Below are positions 1 to 10,196 of a stretch of 62,719 nt of DNA, piece by piece. The first letter of the stretch is position 1, and each line of letters opens with the position of its first letter. Position numbers and translations under genes: made by a program. This DNA comes from an uncultured virus (IMG/VR IMGVR_UViG_3300007171_000012) (taxonomy: Duplodnaviria > Heunggongvirae > Uroviricota > Caudoviricetes): IMG/VR virus record IMGVR_UViG_3300007171_000012. The stretch is one strand, 5' to 3'. The notes beneath the pieces were generated by a model. The model was not told where the DNA came from, ran no database searches, and saw only the letters and a list, made by a program, of their open reading frames with translations.

Positions 1-756
1 ATTCGTAAGTTTGCTCCGCAATGCCGTTATTACAATGCTGGCTCTTCTGAGGAGTTTGGAGATGTTGTGACTATGCCTCAATCAGAATCTCATCCTCTTC
101 GTCCGCGTAGCCCTTATGGAGCAGCTAAAGCTTCAGCAAGACATCTTGTAAAAGTTTATAGAGAGTCTTATGGCATATATGCAGTTCAAGGATGGCTCTT
201 TAACCACGAAGGAACTCGCAGAGGAGAAGAATTTGTTACTCGAAAAATCACTAAAGCTGTCGCTCGTATTAAAAAAGCAATAGACGCATCAGAAGCTTAT
301 GATCTCTTAGAACTTGGTAATATTGATTCTACAAGAGATTGGAGTGATGCAGAAGATTTTGTTGATGGTGTTTGGAGAATGTTGAATCAAGATTACTATA
401 GAGAATTTTCTAGATCTTGGAGTCTTGATCCTGATTACAGCAAACAATTGCGTGAATATGTTCTTTCGTCTAATGAAACCCACAGCGTTCGCGAATTTGT
501 TGAATTGGCATTCGCCGCAGCAGGTATCGAAGGCTACTGGCAAGGCACAGGACTAAATGAAATGTTCTTGCATAAAGAAACTGGTAGGTTGTTGATGGCA
601 ATCAATCAAAATTTTTATCGCCCAGCCGAAGTTGACATCCTTTATGGAGATTCTGAAAAAGCTCGCGAAGAACTTGGTTGGTCGCCAAAAACTTCTTTCA
701 AACAATTAGTTGACAAAATGGTAAGGCATGATATGCTAGAGCATGGCCAAGTCTAA
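1..756 (+). CDS. gmd: GDP-mannose 4,6-dehydratase (5'-truncated)
   Basis: Frame open from base 1; AGSSEEFG, PRSPYGAAK (YxxxK), FNHEG.RRGEEFVTRKIT, RDW.DAEDFV, YRPAEVD motifs. Confidence 0.93.
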   Translation: MRKFAPQCRYYNAGSSEEFGDVVTMPQSESHPLRPRSPYGAAKASARHLVKVYRESYGIYAVQGWLFNHEGTRRGEEFVTRKITKAVARIKKAIDASEAYDLLELGNIDSTRDWSDAEDFVDGVWRMLNQDYYREFSRSWSLDPDYSKQLREYVLSSNETHSVREFVELAFAAAGIEGYWQGTGLNEMFLHKETGRLLMAINQNFYRPAEVDILYGDSEKAREELGWSPKTSFKQLVDKMVRHDMLEHGQV

Positions 757-1093
757 GATTAATAAAAAACATATTCTTGCTCGACTCACGCTTGTTCCTC
801 TTAGGGACAAGCGTATGTTTTATATGCGAGAGATGAAATTTTTGAATGATCTTTGTGAGCGGTATTCTTTAGAGTTCATGAATATCGTTTCTTTTGATAG
901 AAAATTTGACTCTTTAGCCTATATAGTTTCTGATAAATTGAAAGAAACAATGGATCAAAAGTTTCGAGCTTTCAATTATTGTATTGATCTTTCTCGTTAT
1001 GAGAGTTATAATCTTGGAGATAAAACTGGCGAAGATATTGAAGTCAAGATGCCAGTGAAAACAATTAAACAATTTTTAAATGAGCAAGACTAA
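743..1093 (+). CDS. hypothetical protein
   Basis: ORF; TTGACA(710)-N16-TATGCT(732) promoter just upstream of ATG. Confidence 0.75.
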   Translation: MAKSKINKKHILARLTLVPLRDKRMFYMREMKFLNDLCERYSLEFMNIVSFDRKFDSLAYIVSDKLKETMDQKFRAFNYCIDLSRYESYNLGDKTGEDIEVKMPVKTIKQFLNEQD

Positions 1094-2213
1094 AGAAAAA
1101 GAAATTCAAAAATCAAGCGATATTCTTAGTTCGTTCTTGAAGCAAAATTCTCAAGATCATTATAATTTCGAACAAGAAATCGACTACAAAGTATCTAGTG
1201 GATCTTTGCAGCTAGATCTTCATTTAGGCGGCGGATTAGGTCCAGGTCTTCACCGATTTTGCGGTATGAATGAGGGAGGCAAAACTAGTTCTGCGCTATC
1301 CTTTATGAAAAACTTTTTGGCAAATATTCCCAAATCAAAAGGTTTTTATATCAAGGCTGAAGGGCGACTTTCTAAAGAAATGCGTGAAAGATCGGGCGTG
1401 AATTTTGTCTTTAATGCCGATGAATGGGTTGAAGGAACTTGCTTTGTATTTGAAAGTAATATTTATGAAACAGTTGTCGATGCTATGCGCCAATTGGTTG
1501 CTAAAAATGATGAAGGCAATGTGTATTTCTTTTTGCTTGATTCTGTGGATGGATTGATTTCTAAGGGAGATCTTGATAAGGGATTTGAGGACTCAAATAA
1601 AGTTGCTGGTGGCGCAGTCATCGCTGCAAATTTTATGAAGAGATTGTCGATTGCTTTAGCAAAGCGCGGGCATTTGGCTATTTTTATTAGTCAAGTTCGC
1701 GCTGATATTAAATTAGATCCATATTCTAAAGCTCCTGTTCGACAAACTTCTGCTACTGGAGGTAATGCTCTTCTTCACTTTGCGAACTTTATTTTAGAAT
1801 TTGAGCCTAGATTCAAGGGCGATCTTATTCTCAAAAATCCTGCTGATAAAGTTATTGATGCTACAAATAACCCTCCAATTGGTCATTACGCGAAAGTTAC
1901 TGTCAAAAAATCTCCTAATGAAAAAACTAATTTGACAATTCCATATCCAATCAAGTATGGTCGAACAAATGGCAATTCTGTTTGGATTGAAAAGGAAGTC
2001 GTTGATCTTTTATTTTTATGGGAGTTCTTGATTAGAAAAAGTGCGTGGATTTCTGCGACAGAAGAATTTGATGAATTGCTACGGGAAAATGGTTTCGATA
2101 AATTCGAAAAGATTCAAGGACAAGATGCATTATTTGCTTATATCGAAAATAACAAACCACTGTGCGATTTCTTAGTTTCATATTTTAAGAAAGCTATTGC
2201 CAATGAAGTTTAA
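1080..2213 (+). CDS. RecA/UvsX-like recombinase
   Basis: SSGSLQLD..LGGG, Walker A GMNEGGKTS, Walker B LLDSV, FISQVR, TGGNAL.H. Confidence 0.88.
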   Translation: MSKTKEKEIQKSSDILSSFLKQNSQDHYNFEQEIDYKVSSGSLQLDLHLGGGLGPGLHRFCGMNEGGKTSSALSFMKNFLANIPKSKGFYIKAEGRLSKEMRERSGVNFVFNADEWVEGTCFVFESNIYETVVDAMRQLVAKNDEGNVYFFLLDSVDGLISKGDLDKGFEDSNKVAGGAVIAANFMKRLSIALAKRGHLAIFISQVRADIKLDPYSKAPVRQTSATGGNALLHFANFILEFEPRFKGDLILKNPADKVIDATNNPPIGHYAKVTVKKSPNEKTNLTIPYPIKYGRTNGNSVWIEKEVVDLLFLWEFLIRKSAWISATEEFDELLRENGFDKFEKIQGQDALFAYIENNKPLCDFLVSYFKKAIANEV

Positions 2214-2610
2214 AACGCTCACTGGATCGACTGCTGAATTAAAAAATGCCAAAAGATTTTTGATTGATTGGAATGGCAAAAGCAGAAGCAAATTCCAATA
2301 TTCCGTCAAAGAGTTTCTTTTCCCATTTTGGAAAACTGACATTGTTTTTGAAGAATTAAAGTTGGTTGGCACAAGAATGTCATTTGACTTTTATAATGCA
2401 AATAAAAAAATTGCAGTAGAAGTTCAAGGCCAACAGCACACTAAATATGTCAAATTCTTTCATGGCAGTCGTTTCAAATATTTAGAACAATTAAAAAGAG
2501 ATGATAAAAAAATGCGCTTTTGCGAAGTCAATGGAATCTCTCTTGTGGAGATATATCCAAATGATTTAGTTTCTACTGAATTGTTCGAAAGTTTTGGGGT
2601 CATTTTATGA
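2203..2610 (+). CDS. PD-(D/E)XK (Vsr/DUF559-like) endonuclease
   Basis: FDFY...IAVEVQG.QH...RD..K..FC motif. Confidence 0.65.
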   Translation: MKFKTLTGSTAELKNAKRFLIDWNGKSRSKFQYSVKEFLFPFWKTDIVFEELKLVGTRMSFDFYNANKKIAVEVQGQQHTKYVKFFHGSRFKYLEQLKRDDKKMRFCEVNGISLVEIYPNDLVSTELFESFGVIL

Positions 2611-2643
2611 TTGACAATTTGAGGTAATTGAATATGATTTGGT

Positions 2644-4152
2644 ATGATCTATAATCTTGAGCTAGAAAAACAACTTCTTGCTGCTCTAATCAAAGAACCT
2701 GAGAGTTATTCCGAAATTTCTAATTTCATTAACTCTCGGGATTTTTATTCTGAAGATTCGAATTTACACAGCACCATTTTTACAATTATTAAACAGTCAA
2801 TTGATGCTGGGGAGCAGATTGACGAAGTTATTATTGCTCAACGTGTAGGATCTTTAGGACTCTCTTTTGAAGATCGAGTTAATCCTGCTGATTATATCCG
2901 TTCTCTAGCTTTGAGAAAAGTTCCCAAGGGCAATCTTTTAAAGACTGCCCGTGAACTGAAAAAATTTACTATTCGCCGCGAAATCTTTGAGTCCGCTCAA
3001 GAAGTGGCGAAGAAGATGAAGTCTATTGGGCCAGAAACTCCTTATTCTCAAATTATCGAGCAGGCCGATAATGTTTATAATTCTCGTATTAATCTGTATG
3101 AGATTGGTAACGATGTTCCTGAGAATATTTATGAGGAAATGGAGGCATTGATCGAAGAAAGAGGAAATAATCCTATCAAAGAATTTGGTATGATGGGGCC
3201 GCACCCAAAGATCAATGAAATTTATGGTTCTCTTCTGCGCCCTGGAAATATTACTGTTGTTGTTGCTCGTTCTGGTGTCGGAAAGACGCAGTGGTGCATG
3301 GATTACAGCACCAAAGTCGCAATCAAATACGACGTTCCAGTTCTACACTTCGACAACGGAGAAATGAGCAAGGAAGAATTGATCATGCGTCAGTGCGCGG
3401 CAATCACTGGAGTTCCCATGCATTTGCTTGAAACTGGAGATTGGCGTAGGGCTGGTCAGGATATTGTGAATAAGGTTCGTGATGCTTGGCCAAAAATCAA
3501 AAAGATGAAATTCTTCTACTATAATGTGGGTGGAATGGATGTCGATTCGATGCTTAAAGTTTTAAGAAGATTTTACTATGGCAAAGTAGGCAGAGGAAAT
3601 AAAATGATTTTCTCATTTGACTATATTAAAACAACTTCAGAAGCCGCTGGCGGCAAAAATGAATGGCAGGTTGTTGGCGAAATGGTCGATAAATTTAAAA
3701 AATGCATTCAAAAAGAAATCTTGCATGAAGGCAATCCTATTATTCCAATGATTACTTCTGTCCAATCAAATAGAAGCGGTATCACTAATAATCGCCAATC
3801 TCAAAATATTATTGATGACGAAAGTATTGTTTCTCTTTCAGATCGAATTACTCAATTTTGTTCTCACATGTTTATTTTGAGAAATAAAACTGCTGATGAA
3901 ATTGAAACAGAGGGTCGTTCATTTGGAACTCATAAATTCATCAACGTCAAAGCTCGACACTTGGGCAAAGATATTGCAGGCGCTGTTGAACCAGTTAGAA
4001 TTGGCGATACACTCAGAAAGAATTTTATCAATTTGGAATTTAAAAACTTCTGCATCACAGAAAGAGGCGATTTGCGAGATATTGCAAGAGCGGCAGAAGG
4101 CAACCTAGACCTAGACGAAAATGACGGAGACGAAATCCCAGACTTCGATTGA
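2644..4152 (+). CDS. dnaB: replicative DNA helicase (DnaB family)
   Basis: DnaB N-terminal domain; Walker A ARSGVGKT, EMS..EL..R, FDYI, QSNR, KARH. Confidence 0.9.
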   Translation: MIYNLELEKQLLAALIKEPESYSEISNFINSRDFYSEDSNLHSTIFTIIKQSIDAGEQIDEVIIAQRVGSLGLSFEDRVNPADYIRSLALRKVPKGNLLKTARELKKFTIRREIFESAQEVAKKMKSIGPETPYSQIIEQADNVYNSRINLYEIGNDVPENIYEEMEALIEERGNNPIKEFGMMGPHPKINEIYGSLLRPGNITVVVARSGVGKTQWCMDYSTKVAIKYDVPVLHFDNGEMSKEELIMRQCAAITGVPMHLLETGDWRRAGQDIVNKVRDAWPKIKKMKFFYYNVGGMDVDSMLKVLRRFYYGKVGRGNKMIFSFDYIKTTSEAAGGKNEWQVVGEMVDKFKKCIQKEILHEGNPIIPMITSVQSNRSGITNNRQSQNIIDDESIVSLSDRITQFCSHMFILRNKTADEIETEGRSFGTHKFINVKARHLGKDIAGAVEPVRIGDTLRKNFINLEFKNFCITERGDLRDIARAAEGNLDLDENDGDEIPDFD

Positions 4153-5197
4153 TCCATCGCAGATTCAATCTGTGCTTGAAACTCTTGGATATAAATTGCT
4201 AGATTTTGGCAATCATTGGCGAACAAGAGCTATTTTTAGGGGAGGGGTAAATAATACATCAATTCAGATTTACAAAAACTCTGGAGTATGGACAGACTTC
4301 TCCTCTGGAAATAAAGCCAGTCCATTTGAAAAATTACTTCAATTAACTCTCGCTTCAGATCAAAATAAATTAAAACAAATTCTGTCTTCTTTGAAGAAGT
4401 CTGACGAATTTGTATATACAAAAAAAGAAACTATCGAAATGGAAGAAATTTATCCAGAATCAATACTTCAGAAGCTTTTCCCAAATTATAATTTTTATAC
4501 AAAAAAGAATATCTCAGAAAAGACTCTCAAGTTTTACAAGACAGGACTCGCGGGCGCGGGAAAAATGTATCGAAGAATGGTATTCCCAATCTATAACGAG
4601 CATAAGCAAATCATTGGTTTTAGTGGTCGAAAAATTGACGAAGGCAATGATCAAGTGCCAAAATGGAAACACCTCGGAAAAAGAAGAAATTGGGTTTATC
4701 CAGCAATGATCCCAAATGATGAGTCTGTGGATTCAATTATTAAGTCTTGCCAAGAAGTAATTCTTGTAGAAAGTATTGGAGATAGCATCGCTTTGCATGA
4801 GCAGGGTATTAAAAACACACTTGTTACATTTGGTATTGGATGCAGTCCAGCAGTTATTTCGTATTTGATTTCCGCTCCAATTAAAAAAATTACTATCGCT
4901 GGTAATAATGATTTTAGATCTGCGGCAAATCATGGATATAACGGAACAATTAAAATCCTAATGGCTCTTAGGAATTATTTTGATTTTGAATCTTTGGAAA
5001 TTAAACTTCCTCCACATCCATACAATGATTTCTTTGAAGCTCATCAGGCTGGCGCAGATCTTAAACAGTGGCATAGTCTTGAGTTGAATCGAAAAGAATA
5101 TATGGAAGATCTCAAACAATACGTTACTAAATACATGACATTCTTTAAACAAAAAGATGTGGAGTCTTTACTAAAAACAATTGCAAATCATGAATGA
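4121..5197 (+). CDS. DNA primase (DnaG-like, TOPRIM)
   Basis: RMVFPI.N....IIGFSGR, VILVES..D; follows the helicase. Confidence 0.82.
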   Translation: MTETKSQTSIDPSQIQSVLETLGYKLLDFGNHWRTRAIFRGGVNNTSIQIYKNSGVWTDFSSGNKASPFEKLLQLTLASDQNKLKQILSSLKKSDEFVYTKKETIEMEEIYPESILQKLFPNYNFYTKKNISEKTLKFYKTGLAGAGKMYRRMVFPIYNEHKQIIGFSGRKIDEGNDQVPKWKHLGKRRNWVYPAMIPNDESVDSIIKSCQEVILVESIGDSIALHEQGIKNTLVTFGIGCSPAVISYLISAPIKKITIAGNNDFRSAANHGYNGTIKILMALRNYFDFESLEIKLPPHPYNDFFEAHQAGADLKQWHSLELNRKEYMEDLKQYVTKYMTFFKQKDVESLLKTIANHE

Positions 5198-6224
5198 ACC
5201 AGAAACCCCATTATCTGCTAGCAGAATAAAAACCGCTCAATCTTGCAGTTGGCTTTACTGGTGCAAATATAAATTGAACTTACCAGATGCTTCAAATGAT
5301 GGAGCAAAAAGAGGTTCTATTTGCCACTTGATTTTTGAACTTCTTGGTGAGACTAAAAGAAAAAAGATCTTTAATAAAATTATTAAAGAGAAAGATGTAT
5401 TTTGCGTTCCATCTATTCAACGACTTATCAAAAAACATGCTAAGAAATTGCAGGTAGATGATGATGAAAATATCGAATTGATCAAAGAAATGACTTTGAA
5501 TGGTTTGATGTATGATTTCTATGGAACTAAAAACGGAAAACCTACTTACTCTCTTTCTGAAAAAGATTTCGAAATTATTGTCTCTACTGATGACAAAAAG
5601 TATAAAATCAAAGGATTTATTGATAAACTATTTCTTTATAAGAAGAATAAATTTGCTTTGATTAGAGATTTTAAGACTAGCAAGCAAAAATTCAAGGGCA
5701 AAGAAATATGTGATAATTTGCAGGATTATATGTATAGCCTAGCAGCTAGACATCTATATCCAGAATACAATAATCGAGTAAGTGAATTTTTATTTCTCAA
5801 ATTTGATTTAAACGATCAAGATCCAGAGTCTGATGGAGTTATTCAAATGCGTCCTATTTCAGAAGATGATTTGGACGGTTTTGAATACCAGTTGTCTGAA
5901 ATTCAACAATATCTTGATAATTTCTCTGAGCAAGATGCTATAAATAATTTTGCAGCAAGTCAGCCATATCCATCTGACAATTCTTTTAGTGGACCTCTTC
6001 AATGCGGATTTGCAAAATCAAAGGGCCAACTCAAAAAAGATGGGACTCCAATGTGGCATTGCCCAATGAAATTTGATTTTACATATTATGCAATTATAAA
6101 TGCAGAAGGTAAACACGTTAAATCTTATTTAAAAGAAGAATTTGATAAATCGCTAATCCCAGAGGGATGTAAAGCCGAAAAACGTCATTACTCAGGTTGT
6201 CCAAAACATCAAAAAAGGTATTGA
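5190..6224 (+). CDS. PD-(D/E)XK exonuclease (RecB/Cas4-like)
   Basis: LSASRI...C, RG...H..FE, KGFID, DFKTSK, Q...Y, C-terminal Cys residues. Confidence 0.8.
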   Translation: MNEPETPLSASRIKTAQSCSWLYWCKYKLNLPDASNDGAKRGSICHLIFELLGETKRKKIFNKIIKEKDVFCVPSIQRLIKKHAKKLQVDDDENIELIKEMTLNGLMYDFYGTKNGKPTYSLSEKDFEIIVSTDDKKYKIKGFIDKLFLYKKNKFALIRDFKTSKQKFKGKEICDNLQDYMYSLAARHLYPEYNNRVSEFLFLKFDLNDQDPESDGVIQMRPISEDDLDGFEYQLSEIQQYLDNFSEQDAINNFAASQPYPSDNSFSGPLQCGFAKSKGQLKKDGTPMWHCPMKFDFTYYAIINAEGKHVKSYLKEEFDKSLIPEGCKAEKRHYSGCPKHQKRY

Positions 6225-6256
6225 CATCGGGTGTATATACATTACTCTAGTAATGT

Positions 6257-6997
6257 ATGATTCCCATTTTTAAATCAACCTATTCAATAGGAAAAAGTAT
6301 TTTAACTCTGGATCATCCCGACAAGGTTCGTGATGATGGTCCAGATAGTATTTTTTCTATTGCCAAGGATAATAATTTATCGACTATTTATTTGGTCGAA
6401 GATTCGATGGTCGGCTTTTTTGATGCATTTAAAAAATGTCAAGAGCTGGGCATTCAGCTTATTTTTGGCTATAGATTTACTTGCTGTAATAATTATGAGA
6501 ATAATGATTCGAATCATAAGCTTATTGCATTTGCTAAAAATGATCAAGGGTGCAAAGATCTGAATCGCTTTTACAGCTTTGTTAATACTCAGCATGACGG
6601 CAGAATAAGCGATGAAGATTTAGTTAAAATGTGGACCGAAAATATGCTATTGGCAGTTCCATTTTATGATTCTTTTATTTTTAATAATCACTTTTGTTTA
6701 GGCAATTGCATTCCAGATTTCAAATCAATTCCTGTTTTATATTTTATTGAAAGAAATAATCTTCCATTCGATAATATGATCGAAAAAGCAGTTAGAGAAT
6801 ACGCTTCTAATCATTCTGTTTATATACCTGAATTGGTAAAATCTATTTATTATCGCTACAAATCAGATGTAGAAGCTTTCCAAACATACAAGATTCTTTG
6901 TAATCGCAGCTTTGGAAGACAGGCTACTCTTTCTTCTCCAAACCTTAACCATTTCGGCAGCGACGAATTCTGCTGGGAGTCCTTTCAAGAACAATGA
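6257..6997 (+). CDS. stand-alone PHP domain of DNA polymerase III alpha
   Basis: STYSI..S, LVEDSMVGF, GIQLIFG, LIAFAKNDQG..DL resemble the DnaE N-terminal PHP domain. Confidence 0.75.
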   Translation: MIPIFKSTYSIGKSILTLDHPDKVRDDGPDSIFSIAKDNNLSTIYLVEDSMVGFFDAFKKCQELGIQLIFGYRFTCCNNYENNDSNHKLIAFAKNDQGCKDLNRFYSFVNTQHDGRISDEDLVKMWTENMLLAVPFYDSFIFNNHFCLGNCIPDFKSIPVLYFIERNNLPFDNMIEKAVREYASNHSVYIPELVKSIYYRYKSDVEAFQTYKILCNRSFGRQATLSSPNLNHFGSDEFCWESFQEQ

Positions 6998-7626
6998 AAT
7001 CAGAACTTTTAAGATTTAAAAATAGGCAAAAATATTTGATTTTTGACACTGAAACAGAAGGTCTGAATTTGGTCAAGTCTCGCCCTTGGCAGATCGCTTG
7101 GATTGTTGCCGAAGGAAAAAATATCGTGTCTAAAAATGACCGATACATCCAATGGGACAATATTAAAGTATCTGAAGGTGCCGCAAAAATTACTGGATTT
7201 ACAGAGCAAGAATACGAGCGCAGAGCAGAAGATCCAAAAATTGTTTGGAATGATTTTTCAAAGTATCTTTTTGATCCAGAATATATCATTATTGGGCAAA
7301 ACCTTTTGGGTTTTGATGTTTACATGATAAATGTATGGATGAAGGCGATGGGTCTGCAAAGCGATTATTCTTATATTGATCGAATCATCGACACCAAATC
7401 TATTGCAACAGCTATCTTCAAAAATATTCTACCAGAAAAAGAAAACTTTTCATCTTGGCAATATAAGTTATTGAACCATAAAGAAAAGGGGTTAAAAACA
7501 TCTCAGCTAACGCTATTAAAACACTATGGAATTCCTCACGATCCTAATAAATTGCACGATGCTCTTTATGATATTGAAATGAATTTCCAAATTTTCTTAA
7601 AGCAGATTTATGACATTGAATTATGA
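6994..7626 (+). CDS. DEDDh 3'-5' exonuclease (DnaQ-like)
   Basis: FDTETEG, GQN..GFD, HDALYD motifs. Confidence 0.88.
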   Translation: MKSELLRFKNRQKYLIFDTETEGLNLVKSRPWQIAWIVAEGKNIVSKNDRYIQWDNIKVSEGAAKITGFTEQEYERRAEDPKIVWNDFSKYLFDPEYIIIGQNLLGFDVYMINVWMKAMGLQSDYSYIDRIIDTKSIATAIFKNILPEKENFSSWQYKLLNHKEKGLKTSQLTLLKHYGIPHDPNKLHDALYDIEMNFQIFLKQIYDIEL

Positions 7627-10181
7627 ATAATTTTTTCGAACCATACGATTCACCATTCCCAGCGGGCGTTAAACTGCCAAGCATCAAAATTGAAAAAAAG
7701 TATTATGATTTATTGGAGTGTTCTCCAGAAGTCAGCAACTTTCTATTCTTGCGTAAGCTTTGCTTCAAAGGAGTGAAGGATCGAGGAATTGATAAGCTTG
7801 CGAATAAACAAGAATATTATCAGCGACTAACGATGGAGCTTTCTATTTTTGAAGAACTTGGATTTGTTGATTATGTTCTTCTGAATTGGGATGTCCTAAA
7901 TTTTTGTCATGAAGCTGGTATTCCTACTGGAGCAGGTCGAGGATCTGCGGCAGGTTCTTTAGTTCTATATGTTATTGGAGTAACTAATATTGATCCAATT
8001 AAATACGATCTATTCTTTGAACGTTTTGTTTCTAAGAGTCGAGCAAAGAAAATTATTAAAAATGGAGAAGAATTCTTGGATGGATCTCTTGCTCCTGATG
8101 TTGACAATGACATTAGCTATGATCGCCGCCAAGAAGTTATCGAATATATTAATCAAAAATATCAAGGTAAGACTTCTAAAATTCTAACTTTGAATACCTT
8201 GAGCAGCAAGTTATGCATTAAAGAATGCGGCAAAATTGTCGCTGAAATGCCAGAATCTGCTGTTAATGAAATCAGTGATACAATTCCAAAAAAATTCGGC
8301 AAGGTAGCAAAGTTAGAGGCCGCTTATTCAGAGAGCGAGGCTTTCAAGGCTTTTGCAAATAAGAATAAAAGAGTTTATAGCATCGCCAAAAAGATTGAGG
8401 GCTTGAATAAAAATACTGGAGTTCATCCTTCTGGTATTGCAATCAGCTTTTATGAGCTAGAAGACATTATGCCAATTCAAAAAACAGGCGACGACTCTGT
8501 TGTTTCTGGTTATGACATGAATAATGTTTCAGAATTGACGGTCAAGTTTGATATTCTTGGATTGAGAACTCTTTCTGTGGTGCATGATGTTTGCAAGCAA
8601 TTGAATATAAAAGTGAGCGACATTGATTGCGATCACCCATCTATTTATGCTGCTCTTCAAGTTCTGAAGGCTCCTAGCGGGCTTTTTCAGATCGAAGCTG
8701 ACACCAACTTCAGAGTAGCGCAGAAGGTGGCTCCTAAGAACCTAGAGCAGCTATCTGCGGTTGTGGCTATCGCCAGACCAGGTGCGCTCGATTTCATGGA
8801 TCGTTATGCTGATTATGCTCGGAATGGAGAATTCCAATCTGTTCATCCATTTTTTGATGATGTGCTTGGCTACACAGGAGGAATTCCTTTGTATCAGGAG
8901 CAGTTGATGAAAATGGCAGTAAAGGTCGGATTTAGTCTTGATGAATCTGAACAACTTAGAAGAATCGTCGGCAAAAAGAAAGTCGAGCAGATGGGAGAGT
9001 GGAAAAATAAAATTGCAGAAAAAATCTCCGCAAATAATCTTGATCCAGCTATCGGTGAAGTGCTATGGAAAGTCGCAGAAGATTCAGCAAACTATTCTTT
9101 CAATAAATCGCATAGCATTTCTTATGCTTATCTTGCAGCGATTACAGTTTATTTAAAATTTAATTATCCTCAAGAGTTCTTTCTTAGTCTTTTGAAGTTT
9201 GCTCAGTATGAGCCAAACCCTCATGAAGAAATCAACAAAATCACTCAGGAATTAAGCCATTTTGATATTCAACTTTTGCCGCCAGATTTGAGCAAATCTG
9301 AAATCGACTTTAAAATCGAAGGTAAGAATATTAGATATGGACTCAATACTATCAAAGGTGTTTCGACTAAAATTCTAGAATCCCTTTTAGAATTTAGAGA
9401 AAATGAATTCGAAAACAAATATGAAGTATTTCTTGCTGCAAAGCAAGCGGGCGTAAATATTGGAGTTTTGTCTGCTCTTATTCAAGCTGGAGTGCTTGAT
9501 GGATTCGTTAAAAATGATCGTTGCCGTTTGGTTCTTGAAGCTCAGACGTTCAATATTTTGACTGACCGCGAAAAAAGAAATTTCGTAGCGATTGGCAAGC
9601 AATACAATTACGATATTCTTGAGTCAATTAGCGCGTGTGTAAAAGAAGGTTTGATTGGCGATGATAATAAAAAGATCTTTTCCGAAAAGCGTTTCGCTAC
9701 ATTTAAACAAAAATATTCTCCTTATAAAGAGATCTATGAAAAAAATCGTAAACATTTGAAGTTTGCTAATTGGCATTTCGAATCTAAGCTTTTGGGCTAT
9801 AGTTATTCGCAAAATATCCGAGAGATTTTTAAGTCAGAAATGGGAGGATTCCTTTCTTCTTCTCACGAAATTCAATCTCAAGAAAATAATAGCACAGTTA
9901 GATTTGTTGGAACGGTGAATGATGTAATCGCCAGAACGAGCGCCAGTGGAAATAAATACGCTAGAATTGAAGCTTCTGATGAAAGTGGAAATTTGACAGC
10001 TTTAATGCTTGATTCTGCGCGAGATCCACGCTATACCAATTATATCAAATCTGGGAAAGTGATGCCAAAAAAAGGCGGGATTGTAATTTTTAGCGGCAAA
10101 AAAAATAATGACATTGTTATTATTGAAAAAATGTCGCTACTTGAAGACAAAATTTACATGAAGCTCTCAGAAGTAAAATAA
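7623..10181 (+). CDS. dnaE: DNA polymerase III alpha (C family) catalytic subunit lacking PHP
   Basis: GRGSAAGSLV, FERF, PDVDND, HPSG, KFDILGL, YQEQ.M, YSFNKSHS..Y, C-terminal OB fold. Confidence 0.93.
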   Translation: MNNFFEPYDSPFPAGVKLPSIKIEKKYYDLLECSPEVSNFLFLRKLCFKGVKDRGIDKLANKQEYYQRLTMELSIFEELGFVDYVLLNWDVLNFCHEAGIPTGAGRGSAAGSLVLYVIGVTNIDPIKYDLFFERFVSKSRAKKIIKNGEEFLDGSLAPDVDNDISYDRRQEVIEYINQKYQGKTSKILTLNTLSSKLCIKECGKIVAEMPESAVNEISDTIPKKFGKVAKLEAAYSESEAFKAFANKNKRVYSIAKKIEGLNKNTGVHPSGIAISFYELEDIMPIQKTGDDSVVSGYDMNNVSELTVKFDILGLRTLSVVHDVCKQLNIKVSDIDCDHPSIYAALQVLKAPSGLFQIEADTNFRVAQKVAPKNLEQLSAVVAIARPGALDFMDRYADYARNGEFQSVHPFFDDVLGYTGGIPLYQEQLMKMAVKVGFSLDESEQLRRIVGKKKVEQMGEWKNKIAEKISANNLDPAIGEVLWKVAEDSANYSFNKSHSISYAYLAAITVYLKFNYPQEFFLSLLKFAQYEPNPHEEINKITQELSHFDIQLLPPDLSKSEIDFKIEGKNIRYGLNTIKGVSTKILESLLEFRENEFENKYEVFLAAKQAGVNIGVLSALIQAGVLDGFVKNDRCRLVLEAQTFNILTDREKRNFVAIGKQYNYDILESISACVKEGLIGDDNKKIFSEKRFATFKQKYSPYKEIYEKNRKHLKFANWHFESKLLGYSYSQNIREIFKSEMGGFLSSSHEIQSQENNSTVRFVGTVNDVIARTSASGNKYARIEASDESGNLTALMLDSARDPRYTNYIKSGKVMPKKGGIVIFSGKKNNDIVIIEKMSLLEDKIYMKLSEVK

Positions 10182-10196
10182 CTTGTGTAAAATATT

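Noticed and set aside
5190..6224. Cas4 of a CRISPR system
   Set aside because: Sits in the replication operon with no array or other cas genes; typical phage exonuclease
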